From the human T2T-CHM13v2.0 reference genome, Homo sapiens: a stretch of 64,000 bases of DNA. The notes beneath the pieces were generated by a model that saw nothing but the letters and a program-made list of their open reading frames with translations, ran no database searches and was not told the origin of the DNA. The stretch lies in NCBI RefSeq assembly GCF_009914755.1, contig NC_060932.1. One strand, 5' to 3'. The position numbers were made by a program, and so were the translations under genes. Positions 32,694 through 48,939 of this stretch are shown here, piece by piece (position 1 is the stretch's first letter; each line of letters opens with the position of its first letter).

Positions 32694-32756
32694 TATGATG
32701 TTAGCTGGTTATTTTGCTCGTTAGTTGATGCAGTTTCTTCCTAGTCTCGATGGTCT

Positions 32757-33761
32757 TTACGTTTTGGCATGATTTTGCAGCAGCTGGTACCAGTTGTTCC
32801 TTTCCATGTTTAGTGCTTCCTTCAGGAGCTGTTTTAGGGCAGGCCTGGTGGTGACAAAATCTCTCAGCATTTGCTTGTCTGTAAAGTATTTTATTTCTCT
32901 TTCACTTATGAAGCTTAGTTTGGCTGGATATGAAATTCTGGGTTGAAAATTCTTTTCTTTAAGAATGTTGAATATTGGCTCCCACTCTCTTCTGGCTTGT
33001 AGAGTTTCTGCCGAGAGATCCGCTGTTAGTCTGATGGGCTTCCCTTTGTGGGTAACCCGTCCTTTCTCTCTGGCTGCCCTTAACATTTTTTCCTTCATTT
33101 CAACTTTGGTGAATCTGATAATTATGTGTCTTGGAGTTGCTCTTCTCAAGGAGAATCTTTGTGGTGTTCTCTGTATTTCCTGAATCTGAATGTTGGCCTG
33201 CCTTGCTAGATTGGGGAAGTTCTCCTGGATAATATCCTGCAGAGTGTTTTCCAACTTGGTTCCATTCTCCCCATCACTTTCAGATACACCAATCAGACGT
33301 AGATTTGGTCTTTTCACATAGTCCCATATTTCTTGGAGGCTTTGTTTGTTTCTTTTTATTCTTTTTTCTCTAAACTTCCCTTCTCGCTTCATTTCATCTT
33401 CCATCGCTGATACCCTTTCTTCTAGTTGATCACATCGGCTCCTGAGGCTTCTGCATTCTTCACGTAGTTCTCGAGCCTTGGCTTTCAGCTCCAACAGCTC
33501 CTTTAAGCACTTCTCTGTATTGGTTATTCTAGTTATACATTCGTCTAAATTTTTTTCAAAGATTTTAACTTCTTTGCCTTTGGTTTTAATTTCCTCCTGT
33601 AGCTCGTAGTTTGATTGTCTGAAGCCTTCTTCTCTCAACTCGTCGAAGTCCTTCTCCGTCCAGCTTTGTTCCATTGCTGGTGAGGAACTGTGATCCTTTG
33701 GAGGAGGAGAGGTGCTCTGCTTTTTAGAGTTTCCAGTTTTTCTGCTTTGTTTTTTCCCCAT
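32757..33761 (-). CDS. L1 ORF1p, open frame of 334 aa (two small in-frame deletions relative to the 338-aa consensus)
   Basis: MGKKQSRKTGNSK...QNHAKT* with no internal stop; REKG, ARR and YPAKLS motifs present. Confidence 0.85.
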   Translation of the reverse strand: MGKKQSRKTGNSKKQSTSPPPKDHSSSPAMEQSWTEKDFDELREEGFRQSNYELQEEIKTKGKEVKIFEKNLDECITRITNTEKCLKELLELKAKARELREECRSLRSRCDQLEERVSAMEDEMKREGKFREKRIKRNKQSLQEIWDYVKRPNLRLIGVSESDGENGTKLENTLQDIIQENFPNLARQANIQIQEIQRTPQRFSLRRATPRHIIIRFTKVEMKEKMLRAAREKGRVTHKGKPIRLTADLSAETLQARREWEPIFNILKEKNFQPRISYPAKLSFISEREIKYFTDKQMLRDFVTTRPALKQLLKEALNMERNNWYQLLQNHAKT

Positions 33762-34348
33762 CTTTGTGGTTTTATCTACTTTTGGTCTTTGATGATGGTG
33801 ATGTACAGATGGGTTTTTGGTGTGGATGTCCTTTCTGTTTGTTAGTTTTCCTTCTAACAAACAGACAGGACCCTCAGCTGCAGGTCTGTTGGAGTTTGCT
33901 AGAGGTCCACTCCAGATGCTGTTTGCCTAGGTAGCAGCAGCGGTGTCTGCAGAACAGTGGTTTTTCATGAACCGTGAATGCTGCTGTCTCATTGTTCCTC
34001 TGGAAGTTTTGTCTCAGAGGAGTATCTGGCTGTGTGAGGTGTCAGTCTGCCCCTACTGGGGGGTGCGTCCCAGTTAGGCTGCTCAGGGGTCAGGGGTCAG
34101 GGACCCACTTGAGGAGGCAGTCTGCGGGTTCTCAGATCTCCAGCTGCATGCTGGGAGAACCACTGCTCTCTTCAAAGCTGTCAGACAGGGACATTTAAGT
34201 CTGCAGAGGTTACTGCTGTCTTTTTGTTTGTCTGTGCCCTGCCCCCAGAGGTGGAGCCTACAGAGGCAGGCAGACCTCCTGGAGCTGTGGTGGGCTCCAC
34301 CCAGTTGGAGCTTCCCGGCTGCTTTGTTTACCTAAGCAAGCCTGGGCA

Positions 34349-34423
34349 ATGGCTGGCGCCCCTCCCCCAGCCTCGCTGCCGCCTTGCAGTTTGATCTCAG
34401 ACTGCTGTGCTAGCAATCAGTGA
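34349..34423 (+). pseudogene. L1 ORF0, truncated at codon 25
   Basis: ATG at 34349 reads MAGAPPPASLPPCSLISDCCASNQ, then TGA at 34421-34423 (CGA Arg expected). ORF0-like sequence (VGIGPSKPG...RVGVTRFSRC) continues in the same frame. Confidence 0.85.
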
Positions 34424-34811
34424 GGGTCCGTGGGCATAGGACCCTCCAAGCCCGGTGCAGGATATAATCTCCTGGTGCGCCATTTTTTAAGCCTGTCGGA
34501 AAATCGCAGTATTCGGGTGGGAGTGACCCGATTTTCCAGGTGCCGTCTGTCACCCCTTTCTTTGACTAGGAAAGGGAACTCCTTGACCCCTTGCGCTTCC
34601 CGAGTGAGGCAATGCCTCGCCCTGCTTCAGCTCATGCACGGTGCGCTGCACCCACTGACCTGCGCCCACTGTCTGGCACTCCCTAGTGAGATGAACCCAG
34701 TACCTCAGATGGAAATGCAAAAATCACCCGTCTTCTGCGTCACTCACGCTGGGAGCTGTAGACTGGAGCTGTTCCTATTCGGCCATCTTGGCTCCTCCCC
34801 CTCATTTTATC

Positions 34812-34814
<3 letters not shown>

Positions 34815-34854
<40 letters not shown>

Positions 34855-34942
34855 TCAATTGTCCTGGGAGTGTAGAAAGAACCCTTAACTGCAACCATTT
34901 CAAGTCAGATTCCTGAATGTCACACACACACACACACACACA
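34815..34942. repeat. (GT)19 at 34815-34852 and (CA)11 at 34921-34942
   Basis: Read directly; the two tracts are mutually complementary. Confidence 0.95.
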
Positions 34943-36169
34943 AAGCTGATGTTCTACATGAGTTCAATAATATTCAAGGCTACTTAGCTGTGAGAAGGCG
35001 AGCACCTTTCATTAATGCTTCTATAGTAGAAAAAATGTGGTATTCTTTAAGGGCCGTAGACTTAAAAACTTGAAAAAAAGAAACAAAATACGAAATCAAA
35101 GTTTGATTAGATATACTAACAAACAAAAAAGAAGTGTATCCTGGATAAATCAAGACATCTGCTAATGCAAAAAGGTTAAAAAAAAAAAAAAGAAAGAAAT
35201 GCATGATAAGCTTAGAACACTTTATATGGAGAATTTTTAAGTACACCCTGGCAAATTTACCTTTGTGATTTTACTTCATAAAAAAGAAATTGAACTTAAC
35301 TTAGTTTGTATTTTTGTGTCACAGAATGACACTTCATATGACACAAAATCAGTCGTCTGGAGTCCCAAGATCTGTGTTCTAGCCATATCTGATTTTTATC
35401 TAGCTCTATGAAAACACATGAGTAGCAGACACATCTTAAGAGGAGAATAGATTCTGAAGTTAGTAGGTAAGCAAAAAATTGCATCTAATCAAAAATATAC
35501 TTTAAAATCTCTGAGACTCTGAATGAGGCAAAAGAGAAATCCAGAGACACAATGATGTCTTGATATTAAAATAAAATATTTAACTGTAATTAGATTCTTG
35601 CTGTAATATCATCCTTTATATTAAAGAAATTATCAGATGAGTCTGAAATTACTGTGCATTCAATCAATGATATAGTACTTCCCATCTAAGCTAGTATTAT
35701 TGGATTTCCTTATGGTAAATGTACTTATTTTCTTTCCTGTATCTTTACTTTGATTCTGATAGTGAGGAACTGGAAATAACATGGCCCAACCTGAATTTGA
35801 GGCAAAAGAATTTTATTGCCAAAGAAAGATTCTAGGAGTATCTGATGTTAATTCTAATTATAGTGGAGAGTGTACTCTATTTGCTTTCTGTAGCAAGACA
35901 GCTATTTATGTCAAATAATTCAGCATAGATGCAGAGAGCTTTTGCTTTCATTCTGAAATTAGTGAGTTAAATTCATCCTGCTTAAATGGACCCTTTACTA
36001 AACTGTGTAGCCTCATGAATAGTGTAAATGAAATTAACTTGGAAGGGAAGGGTTAAATAATAAACAGTAGTAGCATATAATTAATTTTAAAATTAAATGT
36101 TAATTTGAAACTCTATTATTATACTTACTATCCTTACTTCCCTTTCATTCACTAGAATTTGATCATTAG

Positions 36170-37595
36170 TTTTTCTCCTTATCGCCTTTAATGTTGTCTC
36201 CCTGAGCCATCTCCTTCACTACCATGGGCTCCACCAACAACCATAAATAACAGTTCACAAATTATAAGATCAGCCATTTCTGCAGAGTTTTAGGCCTCTG
36301 TTGCCATTTTTCCCATGTTCTTCTGTATTTCTTACAGAAATATCAGATTCCACATGTCTAACGTGAACATGTGCCACTGTTTGCCTGGCTTAGTCCCATT
36401 GTACATTTTTATCTGGCATCCCTCTGGATGGTGACTCCTTTCCTCTACGAAAGTCCTGAGTTTGCACAATACAAGGTCAGATTTGGTCACCCTGTACATG
36501 CCCTAGCCTGAAGACATCACCTCTCCATCCTCTGTTCCCTGTGTAGATGAATGAAGCCATTACTGACACAGAAGCTTGGGAGCAAAGCAGAGCCTTATTC
36601 GTCCATTCTAGAATCTAATCACCAAGCATTGTTCATGACTTCTAGTCAGTTCTACTTCCTCAGCATAATTCTTCCTCTCTGCCACCCTTGCCATGGAGGC
36701 ATTATGGAAGAGTGATTAAGACCAGATTCCAATCCCATTTCAACCACTGATGCGGTCATGGATGGGCGAGTTACTTAACACCAGTCTCCTCACCTATAAG
36801 TGGATGAAGGGGGAAAAAACACACGTGAAGAAATTTACCATGAGTGAACACATGAAAATGACACGTCATAGCATGACCTGATAAATATGGTACCAGTATT
36901 AGCTACAGCTCAAACCCTGTTGTGTTTCCCTTAGAGTACTGCAGTTACCTCCCACCAGTCAAAACTCTTTCTTCCAAATTCACTACCTTCAAAACTAGAC
37001 TCCACTGCTATGATTCTGATTATGCGATAATATCTGATTATGTCAGTGTCTTGCTTAAAATGATTCAGTGATGCTTCGTAATCATTAAGACAAAATCTAA
37101 AACTTGTTGAGAGTCTGCAATTCTTTCACAGTCTATCCCTGCCTCCTACAGCCTCTTCTCTCCCAGACCTATCATGCTCCGTGCCTCAACAGTACAGAAA
37201 AGCCTCCCAGCCTCCCAGCTCCTCTCTCAGGCTCTCATGGCTTTCCCTGAGCTGCCCATTTGATCAGGATGATCCAACCCCTCTTCTCCACCAAACCAGC
37301 TTAATTTCATCCTTCATACCTCAGCTCAGGCTGAGCTCATCATCTTCCCTCTAAACCCATCTCTAATCTCCTCCCTCCACTCCTGCCATCAGCCTCTTTT
37401 CCATGCCCTGGGGCATTCCTCAGATACCTCCATCAGAACAGTAATTAGGCTGTAATGTAATTAGCTGACCACATGTCCATCAACCCAAGGAGACTGTATG
37501 CTTCCTAAGGGCAGCTGTTTCATCTTTCATTTTGTTTTATACCCAGCCGAACACAGAGTTGGGCACATAGTAGCCACTCCGTATTTACTGTGTTA
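36170..37595 (+). mobile_element. L2 remnants (with an embedded MIR-like piece at ~36700-36905)
   Basis: Pyrimidine-rich L2-type sequence ending gggcacatagtag...tatttactg. Confidence 0.55.
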
Positions 37596-37738
37596 AAAAA
37601 AAATGGTGTCAGGGGTTGACATCAGGGCTAACATTAGTTCAGCCCTTACATCCTTACCTTTTAATCAATCAGATAATTTACATCACTATAAATGAATATT
37701 TTTTCTAACCATAAATACAATTTAAAATAAATATCTTA

Positions 37739-38167
<429 letters not shown>

Positions 38168-38195
38168 TCATCTGATTGCCCAATTAAGAACCTGA

Positions 38196-38624
<429 letters not shown>

Positions 38625-40269
38625 TAACATCAAAATCAAACTTTCTGGGTCAACCAGTGTGATCTTATGCCACTTATACTCAGCATATGTTACTCAAAGG
38701 ACTTGGGTCTGAATTCTTTTCTTACAAATTCAGAGGCCAAATCATTCTATTTGTTCTCAACTGAGGTTTTAAAAAAGCACATTATTTTAAAAAGAAAATC
38801 TCAATACCCTTTGAATATTGCCATTTATTGCTTTAGTGTCAAGCAATCTTTGGAAACTGATCATAGTGTTTCCTATATGGTAGGGAAGAAATAATAGGTA
38901 CATAAATATAAGTGTGTGCTGAATTGAAATAAAGCTACTCTATTGATAGATCTAATTAAAATTACAGTTCAGGGATGTTTACTTTTAAATATGGATCAGT
39001 AAAATATTTCTGACTTCCAAAAGATGCATCATAACAGCTTAGGTGGTTTTTATGACATTAAACTACTTTTAGTACTATGTTTTAAAATCCCTTAAGAAAA
39101 AAATAGGCTGAAAAACAAATAAGCTTTTTAAGGCCCTCTCAATAGCAAGGTGGCAACTGTTTCTATTTAATTTGGAATTGTATGCCAGCTATTTTTAGTT
39201 TCATTTCATAGCATTCTAATTATCATATTTTTTAAAAAATGAATTTATTCAAATGTACAGAATTCTATTAACTTTAAATAATTTTAGGTACATTCTTACA
39301 TGGGACAAACTAGGGACTGAGAATCATAGTTTTTCAGCACCTATAATACAAACCTTGTAGGACACCTCTGGGTGACTTTCTTAGTGGTCTTTGCCTAGAT
39401 TAAATAATTTTAAAATGGAAACACATGTTGAGTTTTAAGCTACTGTTCTAACCTCCAGTGCTCTAGTACAGTTCAAGCTTTTGTCTTTGAACCTGTAAAA
39501 GTAGGTCATTTCCTTTCTGCTCATCCTCTTTCCTCTCCTTACAAATGAGCTATCTTCATATAGATAATAAAGCAGGGGAAGCAGAAACATATTGGTTGTC
39601 TCAGATGGTGAGTAAGGTCATGTACAAAACAAAAAGAACAGAATACAGGGGTCCTTTAAGCTAAATGGAAAAAAAAATGAGTATTAGATTCATTAAGGAG
39701 AAAAAGAGACAAGGATAGGTAGTCCCCTTTTATGACTACAGGACTAGGTACCTCTGCCATGTTTTCAGCTTATGAATATAAAAGGCAGTCTTATTCTAGT
39801 CCAGAGTACAGAGGGGATAAGCCAAGCCTGATTTTACCATATGCTGACCAATGGGAGCTAGAGTCAATCTTAGTGATGCTTACCCACCACAGTCAATGGT
39901 AATATTCAAAATATTTAATCATGGACTAGAAATAGGCAGTGATCAATCAGCATGGATGCCAATGCAAAATGACTATATTAGTGTACTGGTAGACTATATT
40001 AGTCTACCAGCTAAATATCAGCCCTGGATAGAGATAAACTATGTTCAGCAAAACTACTGCATAAAATTTTAAATTTATATTAATATAAATTAAGATTATA
40101 TTAATTACTTTACAAAATGGTTTCTATTTGGCCTCTTTAGAATATAACCTATATGTAGTGTACTGAGAGTTATTTGATTTGCATTGTTTTCAATAGCAAC
40201 CCTAATGAATGCTCACTTATTCCTAATGTAGAGGCTAATGTTATAGTGAGGTTATTAGATTAGTAATTA

Positions 40270-40450
40270 TAAAATCCAAGGCTTAGGCATGGCTTCATCA
40301 CTTAATAGCTTTATTAACATAATCAATTCCTTTAGCCTCCTTCAGCGTGTTTCCTCATCTATAAAATGGAGACACTGACACTTATTCCACTTTGATGCCA
40401 TAATATTCATGAAAGTACTTTGAAAACTATAAAGTGCTATTAATATTATC
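40270..40450 (+). mobile_element. MIR in intron 7
   Basis: gtttcctcatctataaaatgg core. Confidence 0.6.
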
Positions 40451-40497
40451 ATACACAGTAAGAGATGTCACAAGAAAACAGTTAATATCACGAATGA

Positions 40498-43107
<2,610 letters not shown>

Positions 43108-44108
43108 ACTAACTAAACATCAGTCACCTTTGGTATCAGTGTTTAGTATGTTGTTCTAACCAGTCCAGAAAAAAAAATAAGCTGTTTGAATTACATCTGG
43201 GCAATCAGGAGATAATTCATTATGGCTGAGTTGAAGACTTAAGGTGTAATTTCATTACAGTCCATTAGTAAAGTGTATTATTGGTGCCATTTTCAAAAAA
43301 ATTAATTTATTTTACCAGCAGTATTCATAGCTGTGGTTATGTTATTTTTTATTTAAAAACTTTATATTAAAGTCATTTGTAATGTTATTGTATAGTTATT
43401 GTGTAGCACATATGGTTTGCACTGTATAGTAGCTTTTAAAGAAAATAGTCACAATACAGAAAAGCATTTTAGAAATAGCTTCAAAAGCACTTGTGTATCT
43501 TGATTTTTTCTTATATGCTGTTGCAGATATATGTATATGCTAAAATATAACTTGCAAAGATGTTCTAAATACACATGCTATAAGTTCGCCTTAAGATTTC
43601 AATTCTTGGATAATCAGGCTCTGTTTGCACTTTATATTTTAGCAGATACAGTCTCTTAGTCACTAGGCTTTGCATTTGTATGTAGCTGTATGTTTCCGTC
43701 CATTTTCTTAATCCTGAACCTGTATGTTAAATGAAGATGGCAATTTTTTTCTTGTATAGTACTTGTATTTTCTTTCGCTGATGCAGCTCTGTCTCAATTT
43801 TTAAACCTTTGCTGTTAAATGCAATACTTTATAAAGAATGAACAAAATTACTGGAAGCAGTATTGTAAGTAATGAGGTAGTATTAATCAGTTTTATCTTT
43901 TGAAAGGCACAGTCTAAATCGAAACCCTAAACTCAATGCTGCAAGTATGAATTTAATTCATATATAAGATCTATTTAAATATAAGAGTAGCAATACTGCA
44001 CCTGGTGATCACAAAGATAATGTTCTACTTCTGATAGAAATAATTTCTCAACAAATGTTGTTACTATGCATGTATATGGATGGAATAAAATTCCAGATTG
44101 TTGGAGAA
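43108..44108 (+). other. ZFPM2: ZFPM2 3'UTR (AU-rich, repeat-free; 3' end approximate)
   Basis: Lies between the stop codon and the AATAAA at 44084; contains many miRNA seed matches. Confidence 0.88.
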
Positions 44109-44132
44109 GTTTGGCACACTTTTTTTCCCTTC
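44071..44132 (+). terminator. ZFPM2 cleavage/polyadenylation signal
   Basis: TGTA at 44071-44074, AATAAA at 44084-44089, and a downstream U-rich element at ~44120-44132. Confidence 0.88.
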
Positions 44133-45335
44133 AAAATAGAAGAGAAGCCCTAAATCTATTCTTTGTGATGAAAATAGTTTCCAAATGGCACCGAATGGCT
44201 GTAATAACACAATGACAAATCAGTAAAGAGAAAGATTGTCCTTTACATACACCTAATTAATATAACTTGCTCTATTAAAATGAACTAGAGGCTCCAGGCC
44301 ACGAAACTAGAAAAGTTCTTCATTATAACTATGTATAATTAGCAGAATCTCTCTGTCTGCCTTTCCCCATCATCGCTGCAGCACAGATAAAGAGCAATTT
44401 CATGCATGTCTACAAAACTTACAAGCCATATGCACAAGAATCAACACAAATGTTGGTCAAATGCACCCAAGATTCAGATGAAATTTACCAGAGAGAGAGG
44501 TTTGCATTTTGAGCAATGGTGACGTGGTATGGTAAAGTGACTCTGATGAGTAAAGATGTGCAAATCTAATGCTCAGGATTTGTAAAAGATTGATTTTGTA
44601 CATCTCATTTGTATAATCCAGGAGTTTGCATATTGAGGGTGAGTGGAGAGCAGAGAATGTGGGCCTAATGGACCAGCCAGAAGCATTGAGAGTGACTTGG
44701 CAGGCATGATGGTCTCCTGCAAAATTAGAAATCTCCTGACTTGGAAAGGCAACTACCCACTTGAGGCTAAGAAGATACACTCTTTACAGATAGATAGGTT
44801 GTGATGCACTATTGTTCATCCATATTGAATCTGGTAACATAACGAGCATAAATGTTGGCCTTAAGCATAACATACAAATACTGTGACAAAACATAAAAAA
44901 AAAATACTATGTTGTCAAAAACATGTCTCCACTTGCTTGTTGAGAATAACTATTTTCAGAATTGAAATCACGGAATTAACTGATGCCTTCCATTTCAGTC
45001 AGTGATTAAACAGTGAGGTGAACAGGACTAATGTGCTTAATAGTGTGAAACAGGAATCTCTCAAAGTATGAGATCCTTGGGGATCAATGGAGATGTTCAG
45101 AAAGACCTTTGTGGTGCACAGGTTGGAATTGGTAGGGCTGAGTATTCTTAAGAGGACTTTCTTCCCCAATCTCTTTTTCGTCCTCTTTCCTCTTCAAAAA
45201 GAAAGAAAGAAAAAAAATTAGCCAAACCGACATATATTTATTGATTACGTGGCTTGTATCCACTATTTAGGGGATGAAGGCAAAGAAATATAACACATGA
45301 CTATTTCCTCAAAGAGCTTATAATTTGATTCAATT

Positions 45336-45520
45336 TAGTGCTTCTCAACACTTCTCTCATTAAAATTGCCTAAGGAACATTTAAAAATGCCAGTTATTTA
45401 TATAGTTTTGTACACTGGGCCTTACCCTAGATCAATTAAAGAAACACTCAAGCCTGTGAGCTCTGAGAATCTGTACCTTATAAAACCTCTCCAGGTGGTT
45501 CTAATATGCAAACAGTGTTG
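45336..45520. mobile_element. MER5-like MITE
   Basis: tagtgcttctcaac...ctccaggtggttctaatatgca...ttgggaaatattg. Confidence 0.6.
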
Positions 45521-45539
45521 GGAAATATTGAAAGGTAAA

Positions 45540-46500
45540 TTAGAAGAAAATATGAAGGGTAAGTGAGACTAAGTCTAGTAAAAGAACAAAAAGATAAAAG
45601 GAAGCCAATATGGGATGAAAGAGTTGGGACAGGCTGCACAAATAGGGTAGGTTCTAGAGAGGTGGATACCATGGTAAGGAAGGCTACCTTTAGGTCGCCC
45701 TGAGATATTTGTACAGGGTATCCAAAGGGTGTTTATTTCAAGTATCGTTTGTATAGTTGAAAGTAAGTTCTAGTAGCTGTTCACAGAAAAAAGGACATAG
45801 CATAGGTTGAAGTAGTGAGGTTTGGATCAGAACTAGACCCTGGAGAGTGTAGAGGAAGAAAATGGTATTTCTACATGTGGCAATCACTGTATGTTACAGT
45901 AGAAAAGTGGAATGCAACTGGCATGTGAGGGTGAAAAATGAGTAAAAATTTTTCAAAAGAATAGAGTTTAGATTGGAAAGAAAAGGAAGCTGAAGTGGGA
46001 GGATTGCTCGAGCCCAGGAGTTGGAGACTGCAGTCCCTTATGATCACACCTGTGAATAGTCACTGTACTCATGCCGGGCAATGTAGCAATACCCAATCTC
46101 TAAAAAATAAAAAATAAATTTAAAAAAGAAAATAAAAGTATAAATAGGGATCTGGTATCACAAGACCTTGAGTGGCAGACTAAGGTTTATGGGCTTGCCT
46201 TATACTTTGCCTCTTAAATACATCATCAAATGAAAACTATGTTTAGGAATGGTAATAGAGTAAGTATGAGGTCTAGATGCTACACAGAGGACGCTTATTT
46301 AAAAGGCCATAGTGATGTTTTCAAATGAAGGGGGGGAAATGAGAGCCTGTACCAGGTGAATGGAGAAGCACAAGTGTGGGTACAAGATTACATAATGAAT
46401 TAATGAGTAACCAACAAGACTTGGTACAAGTTAGTGAAGATGAAATCAAACAAGAAGTCAAATATCTTCAACCCACACTGATTAAAAAATGTCCCATGTT
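45540..46500 (-). mobile_element. L2-like remnants around the FAM
   Basis: Purine-rich L2-like segments (gaccttgagtggcagactaagg, caagacttggt). Confidence 0.4.
45985..46135 (+). mobile_element. FAM-like (fossil Alu monomer) fragment
   Basis: gctgaagtgggaggattgctcgagcccaggag...cctgtgaatagtcactg retains the 7SL-type CCTGTGAATAG segment; A-rich tail. Confidence 0.75.
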
Positions 46501-48939
46501 CAATAAACATTGAAGTCAAAATATTACCGTCAGTTGAGTAATCTAGTTGAAGGTAGTAAAAAGAACAATGGTTTATATCGGTTCTTCAGATTGTTGTATT
46601 TCAATCATCTATAGAATTCTAAAGCCTACTAAATGGGAATAGCCTAGTTTTCAAGTTTTTTTGTTTGTTTGTTTGTTTTTTAACAAAGCAATCCTAGGGT
46701 ATTCTGTGTTGTTTCCCTTGACCACAATGGAGAACCTTTGAATTAAACAGAGAGAGTGGGAAGTTGTGTGCAAAATTAATTAAGCTGGCAGCAGAATTTA
46801 GTATATAATTGGTCTTTCAATTGCTTCTTTCTAATATGTAACACATATGAGTGTTTAAAACTACTATAATTTAAAATAATTCAGCATATGTGTTTTCATA
46901 TTGAAATTAAAATGGAAAATCAAGTTGTTACGGAATCTGTGAGCACTATTTGAAAACCTTTTAGCCAGTGAGAACGCCCTCATTTTCAGGCAAAACTAAG
47001 GGTCAGAGATTTTAAGTGCTCAAAGTTATAAAGCTAATAATTGAGAATCAGATACCTGGGTTTTGCCCTCCGATTACCTGCTGACATCATGTTATTTCCT
47101 TCATTAAAACAGAAGGCAAAAACTAAGGCATGTGATGATATCAATGTTAGCCAAATGTCTTGGTCTCCAATCTGTGACTTGAAAGCAAGGCAACGTTTCC
47201 CTTTAAATGCCTAAATTTCAATGACTTAAGCCCCCACCAGCTTGTATGCCAGAATATGGACTAATAAGCTATTGAGATTTTCCCAGTGTGGTGGCCCTTA
47301 TGAGACTGCTCTTGAATGGGCTGAGGGGGGGTCAACACCACCTTCTCCAGGTAAGGACAGCTGCTTTCACACTCAGGTTTCAAGGGAAGAGACACTGCTC
47401 TCCCCTTACCACATAATCACCAGCATCAGACATGCCTCACTCTTAATAACACTGTCCATCAGTATTTCCTTAAAGTTCAGGAAAGATAGAAGAGAAAAGC
47501 AATGTACAGGATACCCCTCAAGTACTCCAGTGACCTACATCTAACCCCCAGCTTTCTTACAAGATGACCACCTGAACTCTCTGCACCATAAGTGGATCCA
47601 CACCTCTTGTGCTAAGGTGTCATAAACAATTTCACAGTAGGACCCAAAGGGAAGCAGTTTTTCGCTCCTCCTAGTCACAAGTTCACCTCTGGAATAATCA
47701 CTTCCTGCCTTAATACTGACTCCTTTAAGATGCCCCCATCTTATCCTTCTAGCCACACCACATTAGATTCCACAAGTCATCAGAGCACTCAGGCCAAGGG
47801 CTGCATATCTTAAAAACAGAGGCATCAGTAGTCAGTCCGATATATTTAGAGTGAATTCACTGCCTTTGAGGCCTCTTCTCATTTTCTTTGAGAAAGTGCT
47901 TAAAGAAGAAAATATATAAAATAGGTCAATGAGAAAAAGTTGAAAGGACAGGCAAAGGGTAATTTAAATCCATACTTAGAAGGGAAACATTTCTCTAATG
48001 AAAACTGTGAAAACAAAGCAAAAACAAAAAGAACTATTCATTTCATAAGCAACTTTTTTCTATTAATTTATAGAATGGTTGAAGTTCTTGAAGTTGCCAT
48101 ATCTCAAACATTTTCATTCAGAAACATGTCTATTTGTTCCTGTCACCCAGTAATGTTAATAAATATAAGTTGACTGAAAATGGTGGTTTTCCCATAACTA
48201 AAGATGGTCGTTCCCCACAACAAATTGTCTTTATTCTTAAAAGCCAAAATTCCCTATAGTTTTTTTGAAAGATTTTTTTTTCCCAGTTTCTAATTATCAA
48301 AGATTCAAATGATCTTAACTTGGGTCACCTTGTCACATAATAAGGGAAATGTACAAGTAGGAAATATTTTTAGTTTCACAGATGCAAGAATAATTAGCAA
48401 TCTCCAAAGTATTTCAGCTTTAACTTCAACATTATTCTCTAACACCAAACCTTTATAAGTTTCATTTTGAAAAGTGTCAATATTAAATTATTGACATTTA
48501 AGACTCAGAAATTATTTTATACTCACTTGTGCATAGAGCTGAGCTTAGTAATTTTCAGTGGGTTTGAAACACTCCAACTTCTAATTTCATGAACTAATAT
48601 AAGCCATTTCTGTATTCTGCTCCTGCTGGATTATCGTAAAGTAGTAAACAAAGGACTGGATATTAAAGAGTGAAATAAGTCACAAATTTAGTAACTAGTA
48701 CCTGGTACAGATTCATTATGGTGACCCTTAATAAGGGTTTCTGAATGGATTTATGAATGAATAATGGAGATACAAAACAGCTGGTATATGAATATATGCG
48801 TGAATAATGCATGAAGAAGTAAATGACTAGTTGAGAACCTGATCTAATTAACTAATTAATGAAAAGGGATAATTTGCCAGATAGTCTTCAAACCATTGCT
48901 TTTTGATATGGGGATGCATGTTCATCATTTCACTACCAT

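Noticed and set aside
34430-34888. 152-aa + strand ORF
   Set aside because: It is the GTG-started remainder of L1 ORF0 and 5'UTR running into (GT)n.
47260-47790. GC-richer block with short ORFs
   Set aside because: Probably an ancient LTR remnant; I cannot assign a family, and the ORFs show no homology I recognise.
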